Counted from the first letter of the stretch, positions 1 through 8,288 are shown. The stretch: DNA of 32,000 nucleotides from Longivirga aurantiaca (GCF_042660085.1 NZ_JBHSTI010000002.1:628414-660413); one strand, 5' to 3'. Translations and numbers: made by a program. Notes: a model not told the origin generated them from the letters alone.

Positions 1-1986
1 GGCGCCCGCGGCATGGCGCTCGAGGGGAAGACCGCCACCGAGATCGTCACGCACTACTACACCGGCACCACCGTCACGCCGGTGAAGGACGACGCCGCGA
101 TCCGCGTGAACCTCCTGCACCGGGCCACCAAGGCGCTCTTCCGGACCGAGGCGCTCACCACGGGCGGCGGCGGCATCGAGGTCACGCTGGCCGGCCAGGA
201 TCCCGAGCTCGGCACGTCGGCCGACATCTTCAGCGTCGTGCAGGCCGGCTCGTCGGTGACCGTCATCAAGACCCGGGGCACCGCGACCCGCACGCTCGGC
301 ACCGCGGCCTCGGTCACCATCCGGTGGGAGGGCACGCGCGACCCCGGTGGCGCCGGCACGACGCCGACCGTGCTCAACGTCGTGCCCGAGAAGCAGGCGA
401 ACTTCGCCTCCGAGGGCCACCGCTACCGCTACGGCACCGTGATCGTCCAGTCGGCGAGCGCCGGCACGTTCCAGGTCAACAACCGGGTGCGGATCCACGA
501 CGAGTACCTGCTCGGCATCGCCGAGGTCTCCAACTCCTGGCCGGCGGCGTCGCTGCAGGCGCAGGTGCTGGCCGCGCGCAGCTACGTCCTCAGCAAGGCG
601 GGCACGCTGCGCAGCGCCTGCCTCTGCCACGTGGACGACGGCGGCGGCCCCTACTACGACCAGACCTTCGCCGGCTGGATCAAGGAGTCGGGCGCGCTCG
701 GCCAGAACTGGCGCGACGCCGTCAAGGCCACCTACGCCAACACCACGGTGGCCGGCGAGACGGTGCTGCGAGGCAAGGCGATCCTGTCCGGCGGGCAGCC
801 GATCACGGCGTTCTACTACGCGGCGTCCGGCGGCCGCACCCAGAGCTCGGCCGACGTGTGGGGAGGCGTCCTCCCGTGGGCGCAGAGCGTCGACGACCAC
901 TGGAGCCTCGACGCGTCCGTGCCGTGGTCGCAGTGGATCCCGCGCGAGCGCACCCAGGCCCAGGTGGCCGCCGCGTTCGGCCTCCCCGACGTCATGCGCA
1001 TCGACCTCTCGGCCCGCACCGCCGGCGACGGCGTCAGGACCGCGATCGCCTGGTCGTCATCGGGCGCCTCGGCCACGATCAGCGGCGAGTCGCTGCGCAC
1101 GCGCCTGTCGCTGCCCGGCACCTGGGTCAGCCGCGTCGCCGACGTCCGCTCCGGCGACGCTGCCACGATCGCGGTGCGCACCGCGCAGAAGTCGTCGTCC
1201 GAGACCGTCGTCCTCGCGCCGATCGCCGACCCCGCCTCGGTCGCCGTCGCCGGCAACCTGGCCGCGCAGGAGGGCTGGGCGCTCCTGCTCACCACCTCGG
1301 ACGCGCTCAGCGCCGTCACGCGCACCGAGCTCGCTCGCCGTACTCCCACCACGGTGTACGCCGTCGGCACGCCGACCGACCTGCCCGCGGCCCTCGTCTC
1401 CGACGTCGGTGCCATGGCCGGCGTCGGCACCGTCACCCGCGTCACCGGCACCAACGCCACCGGCGTCTCGGTCAACGCCGCCAAGCTGCTGGCCCCGGCC
1501 ACCGGTGCGGTCGCGGTCGTCGTCGGCGAGACCGACCTCGGGTCGCTCGCCGTCGGGTCCGGCGCCGCGCGCGCCAAGAAGGGCCCGCTCCTCGTCGTGC
1601 CCGGCGGGGCGGCGCCGTCCACCTCGGTGCCGGCGTACCTCGACGCCCTCGCGCCGAAGGCCACGGTGGTCATCGGGTCGACCGACGCCGTCGCCGACAG
1701 CGTGGCCGCCACGCTGCCCCAGGTGAGCCGCCTCGCAGGCGCCGACGCCGTCGAGACCGCGAGCAAGGCCGCCACCTGGGCCGGCTCGGCCAACGCCCGT
1801 CTGGTGGTGCTGGGCAAGGCCCTGGCACCGGTCAGCGCCGTCGCGCTCGCCCCGGGCGCGGTCGTGCTCGTGGTCGACACCAGCGTCGCGACCTCGACCA
1901 AGGTCGTGCTCCAGCGCGGTGTCGCCACGATCGTGGCCGGGCCGAACATGCCCGACGCGCTCGTGACGACGGCGCGGCGTCTCTAG
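1..1986 (+). CDS. SpoIID/LytB domain protein with C-terminal cell-wall-binding (CWB2-like) repeats; 5-prime partial
   Basis: The frame is open from base 1 (GARGMALEGKTATEIVTHYYTGT looks like the tail of a SpoIID-type domain), so the gene continues upstream. A SpoIID core follows (LLGIAEVSNSWPAASLQAQVLAARSYVL ... AFYYAASGGRTQSSADVWGG). Three Ala/Val/Gly-rich repeats of about 80-90 aa fill residues ~400-657 (VVLAP.., AVAVVVGE.., RLVVLGK..), resembling cell wall binding repeat 2. Stop at 1984-1986. Confidence 0.8.
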   Translation, partial: GARGMALEGKTATEIVTHYYTGTTVTPVKDDAAIRVNLLHRATKALFRTEALTTGGGGIEVTLAGQDPELGTSADIFSVVQAGSSVTVIKTRGTATRTLGTAASVTIRWEGTRDPGGAGTTPTVLNVVPEKQANFASEGHRYRYGTVIVQSASAGTFQVNNRVRIHDEYLLGIAEVSNSWPAASLQAQVLAARSYVLSKAGTLRSACLCHVDDGGGPYYDQTFAGWIKESGALGQNWRDAVKATYANTTVAGETVLRGKAILSGGQPITAFYYAASGGRTQSSADVWGGVLPWAQSVDDHWSLDASVPWSQWIPRERTQAQVAAAFGLPDVMRIDLSARTAGDGVRTAIAWSSSGASATISGESLRTRLSLPGTWVSRVADVRSGDAATIAVRTAQKSSSETVVLAPIADPASVAVAGNLAAQEGWALLLTTSDALSAVTRTELARRTPTTVYAVGTPTDLPAALVSDVGAMAGVGTVTRVTGTNATGVSVNAAKLLAPATGAVAVVVGETDLGSLAVGSGAARAKKGPLLVVPGGAAPSTSVPAYLDALAPKATVVIGSTDAVADSVAATLPQVSRLAGADAVETASKAATWAGSANARLVVLGKALAPVSAVALAPGAVVLVVDTSVATSTKVVLQRGVATIVAGPNMPDALVTTARRL

Positions 1987-2014
1987 ATCAGCGGCGTCCC
2001 TGGATCAACAGCCT

Positions 2015-2746
2015 CTAGGCGAGCACGGCTCCGCAGCCCTCGCGGTCGGCCACGTCCGACGCGTCGGCGGCAGGGTCCGTCAGCAGCACCACCGCGACAT
2101 CCGCGGCGAGCGGCAGGGCGATCAGGGCGAGCGCGGCTGCCGGGAGCGCTGCGGTGACGAGCACCCGCGAGCCCGGGGCGGCGCCGAGGTCCGCCGCGAG
2201 CGCGAGCGCCTCGGCGAGCGCCTCGGCCTGGGTCAGCGTGCGGTCGCCGTACCTCAGCCACGCGTCGTCGCCCCGCACCGTGCGGTACGCCGAGAAGCGG
2301 TCGCCGTGGCCGCGCACCTCGATCGCGGCGTCGAGCACGCCCGCGGGCAACGGCTCGCGGAACGGCATGCCGAGCGGGTGCAGCGCGGTCCCCAGGGTGA
2401 GCGGCGCGCGCTCGGTGCCGAGGTCGTCCGGGCCGAGCACCGCCACCTCGACGCCGGGATCCTCGACCGGGCCGCCGATCCAGGCGATCCCGCCCACCAG
2501 CGCCGCCGCTCCGAGCCAGACGCTGGTCTGCCAGTGCACCGGCAGACGCAGCGACACCGCCGAGCCGGGCTGGAGGTCGGCGTCGTCGCGCAGCAGGTTG
2601 GCCGCCTTGGCGATGTTGTTCTCGTACGTGCGCACCGAGAGCTCGGTGCGGGCGCCGTCGGGGCCGAGATGGGTGACGAGGGGACGGGCGGGATCGCGCG
2701 CGAGCAGCGCGGCAAGGGCGACGGGCACGGTCACGGGCGCGGTCAC
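2015..2746 (-). CDS. TIGR03089-like conserved actinobacterial protein (truncated AMP-binding-enzyme-like)
   Basis: This is the C-terminal 243 codons of the 2015..3889 minus ORF (VTAPVTVPVALAALLARDPARPLVTHLGPDGARTELSVRTYENNIAKAANLLRDD...). GTG at 2746 is the first available start in frame. TAGGCT lies 7 nt upstream on the minus strand. The gene diverges from manC, as is typical for this family. The upstream 380 codons are antisense to manC and Arg/Asp/His-rich, i.e. shadow frame. Confidence 0.75.
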   Translation of the reverse strand: MTAPVTVPVALAALLARDPARPLVTHLGPDGARTELSVRTYENNIAKAANLLRDDADLQPGSAVSLRLPVHWQTSVWLGAAALVGGIAWIGGPVEDPGVEVAVLGPDDLGTERAPLTLGTALHPLGMPFREPLPAGVLDAAIEVRGHGDRFSAYRTVRGDDAWLRYGDRTLTQAEALAEALALAADLGAAPGSRVLVTAALPAAALALIALPLAADVAVVLLTDPAADASDVADREGCGAVLA

Positions 2747-2753
2747 GGCATCG

Positions 2754-2759
2754 AGCCTA
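2754..2759 (-). promoter_or_regulatory. Candidate -10 element (TAGGCT) 7 nt upstream of the GTG at 2746; suggests a leaderless transcript
   Basis: The reverse complement of agccta at 2754-2759 is TAGGCT, which fits the actinobacterial TAnnnT -10 consensus. The spacer CGATGCC is followed by GTG. No Shine-Dalgarno sequence is present. Confidence 0.4.
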
Positions 2760-2800
2760 GGGCGGCCTGACGGCTGCGCCCGGTGTGGGAGAGTGGCGAT

Positions 2801-3883
2801 GTGCTCGAAGCCGTCCTCCTCGTCGGGGGCCAGGGGACTCGCCTGCGCCCGCTGACCGTCACCACGCCCAAGCCGATGCTGCCCGTCGCGGGCGTGCCGT
2901 GCACCGAGCACCAGATCGCACGCGCCCGCGAGGCGGGCGTCACGCGCGTGGTGCTGGGCACGTCGTACCGGCCCGAGGTGTTCCTCGACTACTTCGGCGA
3001 CGGCTCGCGCTTCGGCGTCGAGCTCGTCTACGCCACCGAGGACGTGCCGCTGGGCACCGGCGGCGCGATCCGCCACGTGGCGCCGCACCTGCTGTCCGGC
3101 CCGGACGACCCGGTCCTGGTCTTCAACGGCGACATCCTCTCGGGGCACGACATCGCCGGCCAGGTGCAGGCGTGGCGCGACTCGTCGTCGGACGTGTCGC
3201 TCTACCTCACCCGCGTCGAGGACCCGCGCGCCTACGGCCTCGTGCCGACCGACGCCGACGGACGCGTGACGCAGTTCCTCGAGAAGCCCTCGACGCCCGA
3301 GGAGATCGTCACCGACCAGATCAACGCCGGCTGCTACGTCTTCCGCCGCTCGGTGATCGACAGCATCCCCACCGGTCGCCCGGTGTCCGTGGAGCGCGAG
3401 ACGTTCCCCGGCCTGCTGGCACGCGGTGCCGTCGTCACCGGCTTCGTCGACGACGGCTACTGGCTCGACCTCGGCACGCCGCTCGCGTTCGTGCAGGGCT
3501 CGTGCGACCTCGTCCTCGGCCGCGCCCCCAGCCCCGCCCTGCCGGGGCGGACCGGCCAGTTCCTCGTGCGCCCGGGCGCCGAGGTGGAGCCCGACGCGAT
3601 CCTCAGCAACGGCACGTTCGTCGGTGCCGGCGCCACGGTCGGTTCGGGCGCCGTGGTCGACGGCTCGTCGCTGTTCGACAACGCGATGGTGGCCGCGGGC
3701 GCGTACGTGAAGGACTCGGTGATCGGCTCCGGCGCGATCATCGGCAGCGGCGCGCGCCTCGACGGCGTCGTCGTCGGCGACCGCGCGGTGATCGGCCCCG
3801 GCAACGAGCTCGTGCGCGGTGCGCGCGTGTGGCCCGGGGTCGCGCTGTCGGAGACCTCGGTGCGCTTCTCCTCCGACCGCTGA
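2801..3883 (+). CDS. manC: Mannose-1-phosphate guanylyltransferase (GDP-mannose pyrophosphorylase), NTP-transferase plus left-handed beta-helix C-terminus
   Basis: Contains the LLVGGQGTRLRPLT nucleotidyltransferase signature and LGTGGAIRHV. The C-terminal hexapeptide-like repeats are GAGATVGSGAVVDGS.. and IGSGAIIGSGARLDG. GGGAGAG at 2787-2793 lies 7 nt before GTG 2801. The alternative GTG at 2783 has no RBS. Confidence 0.9.
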   Translation: MLEAVLLVGGQGTRLRPLTVTTPKPMLPVAGVPCTEHQIARAREAGVTRVVLGTSYRPEVFLDYFGDGSRFGVELVYATEDVPLGTGGAIRHVAPHLLSGPDDPVLVFNGDILSGHDIAGQVQAWRDSSSDVSLYLTRVEDPRAYGLVPTDADGRVTQFLEKPSTPEEIVTDQINAGCYVFRRSVIDSIPTGRPVSVERETFPGLLARGAVVTGFVDDGYWLDLGTPLAFVQGSCDLVLGRAPSPALPGRTGQFLVRPGAEVEPDAILSNGTFVGAGATVGSGAVVDGSSLFDNAMVAAGAYVKDSVIGSGAIIGSGARLDGVVVGDRAVIGPGNELVRGARVWPGVALSETSVRFSSDR

Positions 3884-3894
3884 GCGCATCCCGC

Positions 3895-4812
3895 GTGGAG
3901 CCCGTCGTCCGCGAGTGGGCGCCGTCGTGGCCGGTGAGCCTCGGCGGCACGCTCGGCGCCCTGGGCCGCGGGCGGCACGACCCGACCTACCGGCGTACGC
4001 CGGACCGCGCGCTCTGGCGCACGATGCGCAGCCCCGACGGCCCGGCGACGCAGCGGCTCGAGCTGCGCGACGGAGTGGTGGTCTCGACGGCGTGGGGGCC
4101 CGGCGCTGCGTGGGCCAGCGACCGGCTGCCGCGGATCCTCGGCGCCGACGACGACGTGTCGGGGTTCGACCCGTCGCCGCACCCGCTCGTTGCGCAGCAG
4201 TGGTCGCGCTACGGCGCCGGGATGCGCACGCCCTCGACCGGGGTGGTGCTCGAGACTCTCGTGCAGGCGATCCTCGAGCAGCGCGTCACCGGCCTCGAGG
4301 CGCGCCGCTCGTGGGGGTGGCTGCTCGCGACGTACGGCGAGCCCGCGCCCGGGCCGGCGCCCGAGCGCATGTTCGTGTTCCCCACGGCGGACGCAGTCTC
4401 GGCCGTGCCGTCGTGGGCGTGGCACCAGGCCGGCGTGGACGGGTCGCGGTCGGCGACGATCCTGCGCGCTGCGTCGTACGCCGGCCGGCTGCAGCAGTGC
4501 GCCGACCTGCCGCACGCGGAGGCACGGGCCCGGATGGAGGCGCTGCCTGGGGTGGGGCAGTGGACCTCGGCCGAGGTGGCGGCGCGCGCGCTCGGCGACG
4601 CGGATGCCGTGAGCTTCGGCGACTTCCACGTGGCGAAGAACGTGGTCTATGCGATGACGGGCGAGGAGGACGGCACCGACGAGCGGCTCGCGGAGCTCCT
4701 CGCGCCGTGGCCCGGGCACCGCGGCCGGGTGCAGCGGCTGGTGGAGATGACGGGCATCTCGCGCCCGGCTCGCGGACCCCGCTACTCGCCGCAGGACTTC
4801 CGCGGCCGGTAG
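3895..4812 (+). CDS. DNA-3-methyladenine glycosylase II family protein (AlkA-like, HhH-GPD)
   Basis: This is the distal part of the 2785..4812 frame. Helix-hairpin-helix/GPD motif: LPGVGQWTSAEVAARALGDADAVSFGDFHV. The N-terminus VEPVVREWAPSWPVSLGGTLGALGRGRHDPTYRR is typical of actinobacterial AlkA-like proteins. GTG at 3895 is the first start after the manC stop. Confidence 0.75.
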   Translation: MEPVVREWAPSWPVSLGGTLGALGRGRHDPTYRRTPDRALWRTMRSPDGPATQRLELRDGVVVSTAWGPGAAWASDRLPRILGADDDVSGFDPSPHPLVAQQWSRYGAGMRTPSTGVVLETLVQAILEQRVTGLEARRSWGWLLATYGEPAPGPAPERMFVFPTADAVSAVPSWAWHQAGVDGSRSATILRAASYAGRLQQCADLPHAEARARMEALPGVGQWTSAEVAARALGDADAVSFGDFHVAKNVVYAMTGEEDGTDERLAELLAPWPGHRGRVQRLVEMTGISRPARGPRYSPQDFRGR

Positions 4813-4814
4813 GG

Positions 4815-4841
4815 GCGCGACGCCCGCTCGGAGGGTCGCGC
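4815..4841 (+). terminator. Weak candidate hairpin after the glycosylase gene
   Basis: GCGCGAC (4815-4821) pairs with GTCGCGC (4835-4841) across a 13-nt loop. There is no U tract. Confidence 0.25.
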
Positions 4842-4913
4842 GCCTGCCGCGCGTCCGGGGATGCGCTGCGCGTAGCGTGAGGGCGTTCGGGAACCGACCG
4901 GAAGGGGACTGTC

Positions 4914-5564
4914 ATGACGCGTCGTCCTGCTCGTCTCGCACGCGTGGCCGCTCTGCTCGTCGTCCCCCTGCTCGCGGTGACCGCGTGCGGCGGATCCGGT
5001 GGGGGCGAGGGCATCTCGGCCTCGGCGACGTCGTCGTCGACATCCGCCGCCCCGGAGACCACGAGCAGCTCGCCCGAGCCGTCGGAGGAGTCGTCCTCGC
5101 CCGAGGAGACCGCCACCCCCGCGACCGGGATCCAGCTCGCGGACGTGCCCGGCTACACCTACGGGGACGCGCCCGCCGACTTCGCGACGATGGGCAAGGC
5201 CTTGACGGACACGGGCCTGGTGAGCGAGGTGAAGGTCGTCGGGCTCGACACCCCCGACGGCGAGACCGCCGTGGTGCTCGTCGCGGCCCAGTACACGCCC
5301 GAGGTCACGAAGTCGTTCGAGGGCATGCCCATGGAGTCGATCCTCGGGGGCGTCGCCGGGGGCGTGAAGCCGTCGCTCACCGGCAAGGTGACGGAGGAGA
5401 CGATCACGGTCGACGGGACCGACATCGTGGTCCTCGCCTCGCCGGACCTCTCGGTCGCTCTGGTCTACTTCGACGGCGGGCTCCTCGCCCAGATGTACGG
5501 GCCCGACCGGGACGCCCTCGTCACGGCCGCGAAGGCCTTCGTCACGGCCCAGAACGCGGGCTAG
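4914..5564 (+). CDS. Secreted lipoprotein, function unknown
   Basis: Signal peptide with a lipobox (RLARVAALLVVPLLAVTAC-GGSGGG), followed by a Ser/Glu/Thr/Pro-rich linker and a globular domain. RBS GGAAGGGGA at 4899-4907. TAGCGT -10-like hexamer at 4873-4878. Confidence 0.8.
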   Translation: MTRRPARLARVAALLVVPLLAVTACGGSGGGEGISASATSSSTSAAPETTSSSPEPSEESSSPEETATPATGIQLADVPGYTYGDAPADFATMGKALTDTGLVSEVKVVGLDTPDGETAVVLVAAQYTPEVTKSFEGMPMESILGGVAGGVKPSLTGKVTEETITVDGTDIVVLASPDLSVALVYFDGGLLAQMYGPDRDALVTAAKAFVTAQNAG

Positions 5565-5581
5565 TCAACCAACTGGTTGAC
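5564..5581. promoter_or_regulatory. Perfect 8-2-8 inverted repeat GTCAACCA-AC-TGGTTGAC; candidate ArsR-family operator
   Basis: Read directly from the sequence. It starts at the last base of the lipoprotein stop codon, lies 59 nt upstream of the proposed ArsR start, and overlaps a TTGACA hexamer (5577-5582) and CAATCT (5581-5586). Confidence 0.5.
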
Positions 5582-5602
5582 AATCTCGGCCACCCTGCGG
5601 CA

Positions 5603-5640
5603 CCTGCTCCTCCTCGACCGACTGGTCGAGGAGGAGCAGG
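5603..5640 (+). promoter_or_regulatory. 17-bp perfect stem / 4-nt loop hairpin containing the ArsR Shine-Dalgarno sequence and the first base of its start codon
   Basis: CCTGCTCCTCCTCGACC (5603-5619), loop GACT, GGTCGAGGAGGAGCAGG (5624-5640). GGAGG at 5630-5634 lies 5 nt before GTG 5640. It could alternatively be a U-tract-less terminator of the lipoprotein gene. Confidence 0.6.
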
Positions 5641-6032
5641 TGTCCGCTGATCCGCTGTCGCGGGTGTTCGCCGCGACAGCCGACCCCACCCGGCGCGACC
5701 TGGTCGCGCGGCCGACGGTCGCCGACCCAACGCTCACCGAGCTCGCCGAGCCGTACGACGTGAGCCTGCAGGCGGTCTCCCAGCACCTCCGGGTGCTCGA
5801 GGACGCCGGCCTCGTCACGCGCGGCCGCGACGCGCAGAAGCGGCCTGTGCACCTCGAGGCGGAGGTGCTCTCGTTGATGACCGCCTGGATCGAGCGCTAC
5901 CGGCGTCAGGCCGAGGAGTGCTACTCCCGTCTGGACGACGTCCTGGCCTCGATGCCGGACGACGTCGCCCCCTTGCCGCCGGCTCGCGCGGTATCCCCGA
6001 ATCCCCGTCGTACGAAGGGAAAGCAGGCATGA
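5640..6032 (+). CDS. ArsR/SmtB family transcriptional regulator
   Basis: Winged-HTH core: RVFAATADPTRRDLVARPTVADPTLTELAEPYDVSLQAVSQHLRVLEDAGLVTRGRDAQKRPVHL. GTG 5640 has an ideal SD. An alternative TTG at 5577 would add 21 residues. The stop overlaps the next start (ATGA). Confidence 0.85.
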   Translation: MSADPLSRVFAATADPTRRDLVARPTVADPTLTELAEPYDVSLQAVSQHLRVLEDAGLVTRGRDAQKRPVHLEAEVLSLMTAWIERYRRQAEECYSRLDDVLASMPDDVAPLPPARAVSPNPRRTKGKQA

Positions 6033-6502
6033 GCAACACGACAGAGATCCACGTCGACCCCGAGGTGCCCCTGGTGCGGATCACGCGCGAGTTCGACCAC
6101 CCCGTCGACAAGGTGTTCCGTGCGCACACCGACCCCGCGCTCGTCGCGCAGTGGATGGGGCCGCGCAGCCTGACGAACGAGATGGTCCGCTGGGACTGCG
6201 AGACCGGCGGCGGCTACGTCTTCGTGCAGCGCCGCGGCGACGAGGAGTACGCGTTCCACGGCTCGTTCCACGACGTGCGGCCCGGCGAGCTCATCGTGCA
6301 GACCTTCACCATCGACGGGATGCCCGACGGCGTGGCGCTGGAGAAGCTGCGGTTCGAGCCGCTCGACGGCGGTACGCGTACGCGCCTCACGACCACGTCG
6401 CTCGTCGACTCGTTCGAGGACCGCGACGCGTTCGTGGCCGGCGGCATGGAGACCGGCGTCGTCGAGGGCTACGAGCGCCTCGACGAGCTCCTCGACGCCT
6501 GA
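6029..6502 (+). CDS. SRPBCC / AHSA1 (Aha1-like) domain protein
   Basis: MSNTTEIHVDPEVPLVRITREFDHPVDKVFRAHTDPALVAQWMGP... is typical of the SRPBCC proteins paired with ArsR regulators. ATG 6029 forms an ATGA overlap with the ArsR stop. RBS GAAGGGAAAG lies upstream. Confidence 0.85.
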   Translation: MSNTTEIHVDPEVPLVRITREFDHPVDKVFRAHTDPALVAQWMGPRSLTNEMVRWDCETGGGYVFVQRRGDEEYAFHGSFHDVRPGELIVQTFTIDGMPDGVALEKLRFEPLDGGTRTRLTTTSLVDSFEDRDAFVAGGMETGVVEGYERLDELLDA

Positions 6503-6577
6503 TCCGACGCAGACCAGCGGGCGGTGGGGCCCGGGAACGTCCACCGACGCGCCTGTGCGGTCTGAGATCGTAGGCGC

Positions 6578-6823
6578 GTGGGGTACTTCTGGTACGTGCT
6601 CGTCGGCCTGGTTCTCCTGGGCCTGTCCGGCCTGATGCTCTATGCCCTGGTGACCGAGCGGGGCGACTGGCTCAACCGGCTGTGGATGCCTTTCCCGTGG
6701 GAGAACACCAATGGTGGGCGTGGGCCAAGAAGCACGGAGTTCTCGGCGCTGGTTGTAGGTGTCGTCTTCGGGGTCATCGGATTCTTGGTACTGACGTATG
6801 TCGCGCTGTCGTTCTTGCTCTGA
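6578..6823 (+). CDS. Small two-TM membrane protein, hypothetical
   Basis: Two clean hydrophobic helices (YFWYVLVGLVLLGLSGLMLYALV and FSALVVGVVFGVIGFLVLTYVALSFLL) flank a Trp/Gly/Arg loop. By my count 14 of 81 codons end in A/T, and AGA and TTG are used, which is atypical for this window. Confidence 0.5.
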   Translation: MGYFWYVLVGLVLLGLSGLMLYALVTERGDWLNRLWMPFPWENTNGGRGPRSTEFSALVVGVVFGVIGFLVLTYVALSFLL

Positions 6824-6852
6824 GCTCGGGGAGCTTCAGTGAAGGGCCGTGC

Positions 6853-6882
6853 GCCCTGACGTCGGTCGTGCGAGGTCAGGGC
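6853..6882. terminator. Candidate bidirectional hairpin between convergent genes
   Basis: GCCCTGAC (6853-6860) pairs with GTCAGGGC (6875-6882) across a 14-nt loop. The 3-prime arm overlaps the HNH gene stop codon (6876-6878). Confidence 0.35.
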
Positions 6883-8288
6883 CGGCGTCGGCTCGGCGGC
6901 ACCAAGGTGAAGTAGCCGTGCTCGGTGGGGCGCTTGCCGGGGGTCGGGACGAGCGTCCAGCCGCCCTCGTGGAGGTCGTGGTGGTGGCGGTCGCACACGA
7001 GGACGCAGTTGTCGACATCGGTCGGGCCGCCGTCCTCCCAGTGGACGACGTGGTGGGCGCGGCAGCGCGCTGCCGGGACACCGCAGCCGGGGCGCGAGCA
7101 GCGGCCCTGCTCGCGGGTCTCGAGCGCGCGGCGCTGGCGCGGGGTGACGACGCGGTGCGCGCGGCCGACGTACAGGACCTCCTTGGCTGCCTCGCGCAGG
7201 AGGTCGTCGAGCGTCGGGCTGCCGTCGTCGCACCCGCAGTGCGGGCAGCCGCAGGTGCAGCGCGGGCGGGCACCGGTCACGATCGCAGCGTTGATCTCGG
7301 CGTCGCAGAGCAGGCGGCGCACGCTCTGCCGGCCCAGCGGGGTGCCCTCCGGGCATCCGGTCGTGCGCAGCATCCCGCCGAACGCCGTGTGCAGGTCGTG
7401 CAGGTCGACGTCGATGGTGACGCGGGGGATCACGCCGTGGCGCGCGCCGAGGTCGCCGTTCTCGAGCAGGGCGCCGCAGATGTCGCGAAGTGCGATCACG
7501 TTCAGGTAGGGCTGGCGACGACGACGCAGGCGCGCGGCTGCGGGGTCGTCGCCGTCGACCCGGTCCTCCTCGGGCAGGGTGCCGTCGCGGTGGCGCTGGT
7601 CGATGGCCTGCTGCAGGGCGGTGGCGATGAGGGCGTGGTTCTCCGGCGTCAGGTAGCCGGAGACCTTCACGCCGTCGCCGTCGGGCTGGAAGCGCAGGAA
7701 CTGGGCGCGCTCGGCCTCGTCGGAGTCCTTGGCCAGGCCCCACTCGTCGACCCAGGCGCGTACGCGCTTGGCCTTGATGGCGAGCTCGGTGGGGGTGGCA
7801 CCGTCGAGGGCGAAGCCGAGCAGCGCCTGCTCTGCGGAGGCGCGGAACGGCGCCTGGTCGGCGTGGGCGAGGCCGCGGGCGACCTTGTCGATGCTGGTGG
7901 TGATGGTCGTGACGTGGGCGCGCGAGATCCCGCCCGCGACCCAGGCCGCGCCGGTGGCGGAGTAGCCGCCGGCCAGGGCGCAGCCGCGCGCGAGCACGGC
8001 ACCCGCTGCCTTCGGGTTCATCGAGGCGGCATCGCGCAGCCAGGCGGTGGTCGCCACACGCAGCGAGCCGGAGGCGTGCACGCGCGCGACGCCCGTGGTG
8101 ACGACGGCCTCGAGCTGGTCGTGCACCCGCGCGAGGCCGGCCACGAGCGCGGGGAGGTCGGCCAGCGGCACCGCCTCGAGCCCGCCGGTCTGGGTCAGGT
8201 GCGCGAGCCGGGCGACCAGCGTGGCGAGCTCGGCCGAGGTGTCAGCCACCTCGCCGAGTGCAGTCGTCTGGTCGATGCGCATGACCAC
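6876..8288 (-). CDS. DUF222-domain HNH endonuclease (REP13E12-like family)
   Basis: The N-terminal DUF222-like region runs ADLPALVAGLARVHDQLEAVVTTGVARVHASGSLRVATTAWLRDAASMNPKAAGAVLARGCAL. The C-terminal HNH nuclease motif is CSRPGCGVPAARCRAHHVVHWEDGGPTDVDNCVLVCDRHHHDLHEGGW. Start is GTG 8288 or ATG 8282. Confidence 0.85.
   Translation of the reverse strand: MVMRIDQTTALGEVADTSAELATLVARLAHLTQTGGLEAVPLADLPALVAGLARVHDQLEAVVTTGVARVHASGSLRVATTAWLRDAASMNPKAAGAVLARGCALAGGYSATGAAWVAGGISRAHVTTITTSIDKVARGLAHADQAPFRASAEQALLGFALDGATPTELAIKAKRVRAWVDEWGLAKDSDEAERAQFLRFQPDGDGVKVSGYLTPENHALIATALQQAIDQRHRDGTLPEEDRVDGDDPAAARLRRRRQPYLNVIALRDICGALLENGDLGARHGVIPRVTIDVDLHDLHTAFGGMLRTTGCPEGTPLGRQSVRRLLCDAEINAAIVTGARPRCTCGCPHCGCDDGSPTLDDLLREAAKEVLYVGRAHRVVTPRQRRALETREQGRCSRPGCGVPAARCRAHHVVHWEDGGPTDVDNCVLVCDRHHHDLHEGGWTLVPTPGKRPTEHGYFTLVPPSRRRP

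Noticed and set aside
324-2018. Alternative-frame and antisense ORFs over the SpoIID gene (324..2018 +, 816..1949 -, 57..377 -)
   Set aside because: - Their composition is Arg/Pro-rich.
- They overlap a frame with clear SpoIID and repeat motifs.
- They are shadow ORFs.
2747-3889. N-terminal 380 codons of the 624-aa minus ORF 2015..3889
   Set aside because: - This part is antisense to manC.
- No start codon is required upstream of GTG 2746.
- The composition changes abruptly to Arg/Asp/His-rich.
- Only the C-terminal 243 codons resemble a real (TIGR03089-like) protein.
2785-3894. Apparent 675-aa fusion ORF 2785..4812
   Set aside because: - The first 370 codons are an out-of-frame read of manC with Arg-rich composition.
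- Only the part from GTG 3895 has AlkA/HhH-GPD character.
5577-5639. TTG 5577 as the ArsR start (151-aa version in the ORF track)
   Set aside because: - It is not excluded.
- It is disfavoured because GTG 5640 has an ideal GGAGG at 5-nt spacing.
- The extra 21 codons coincide exactly with the palindrome and the 17-bp hairpin, which looks like non-coding structure.
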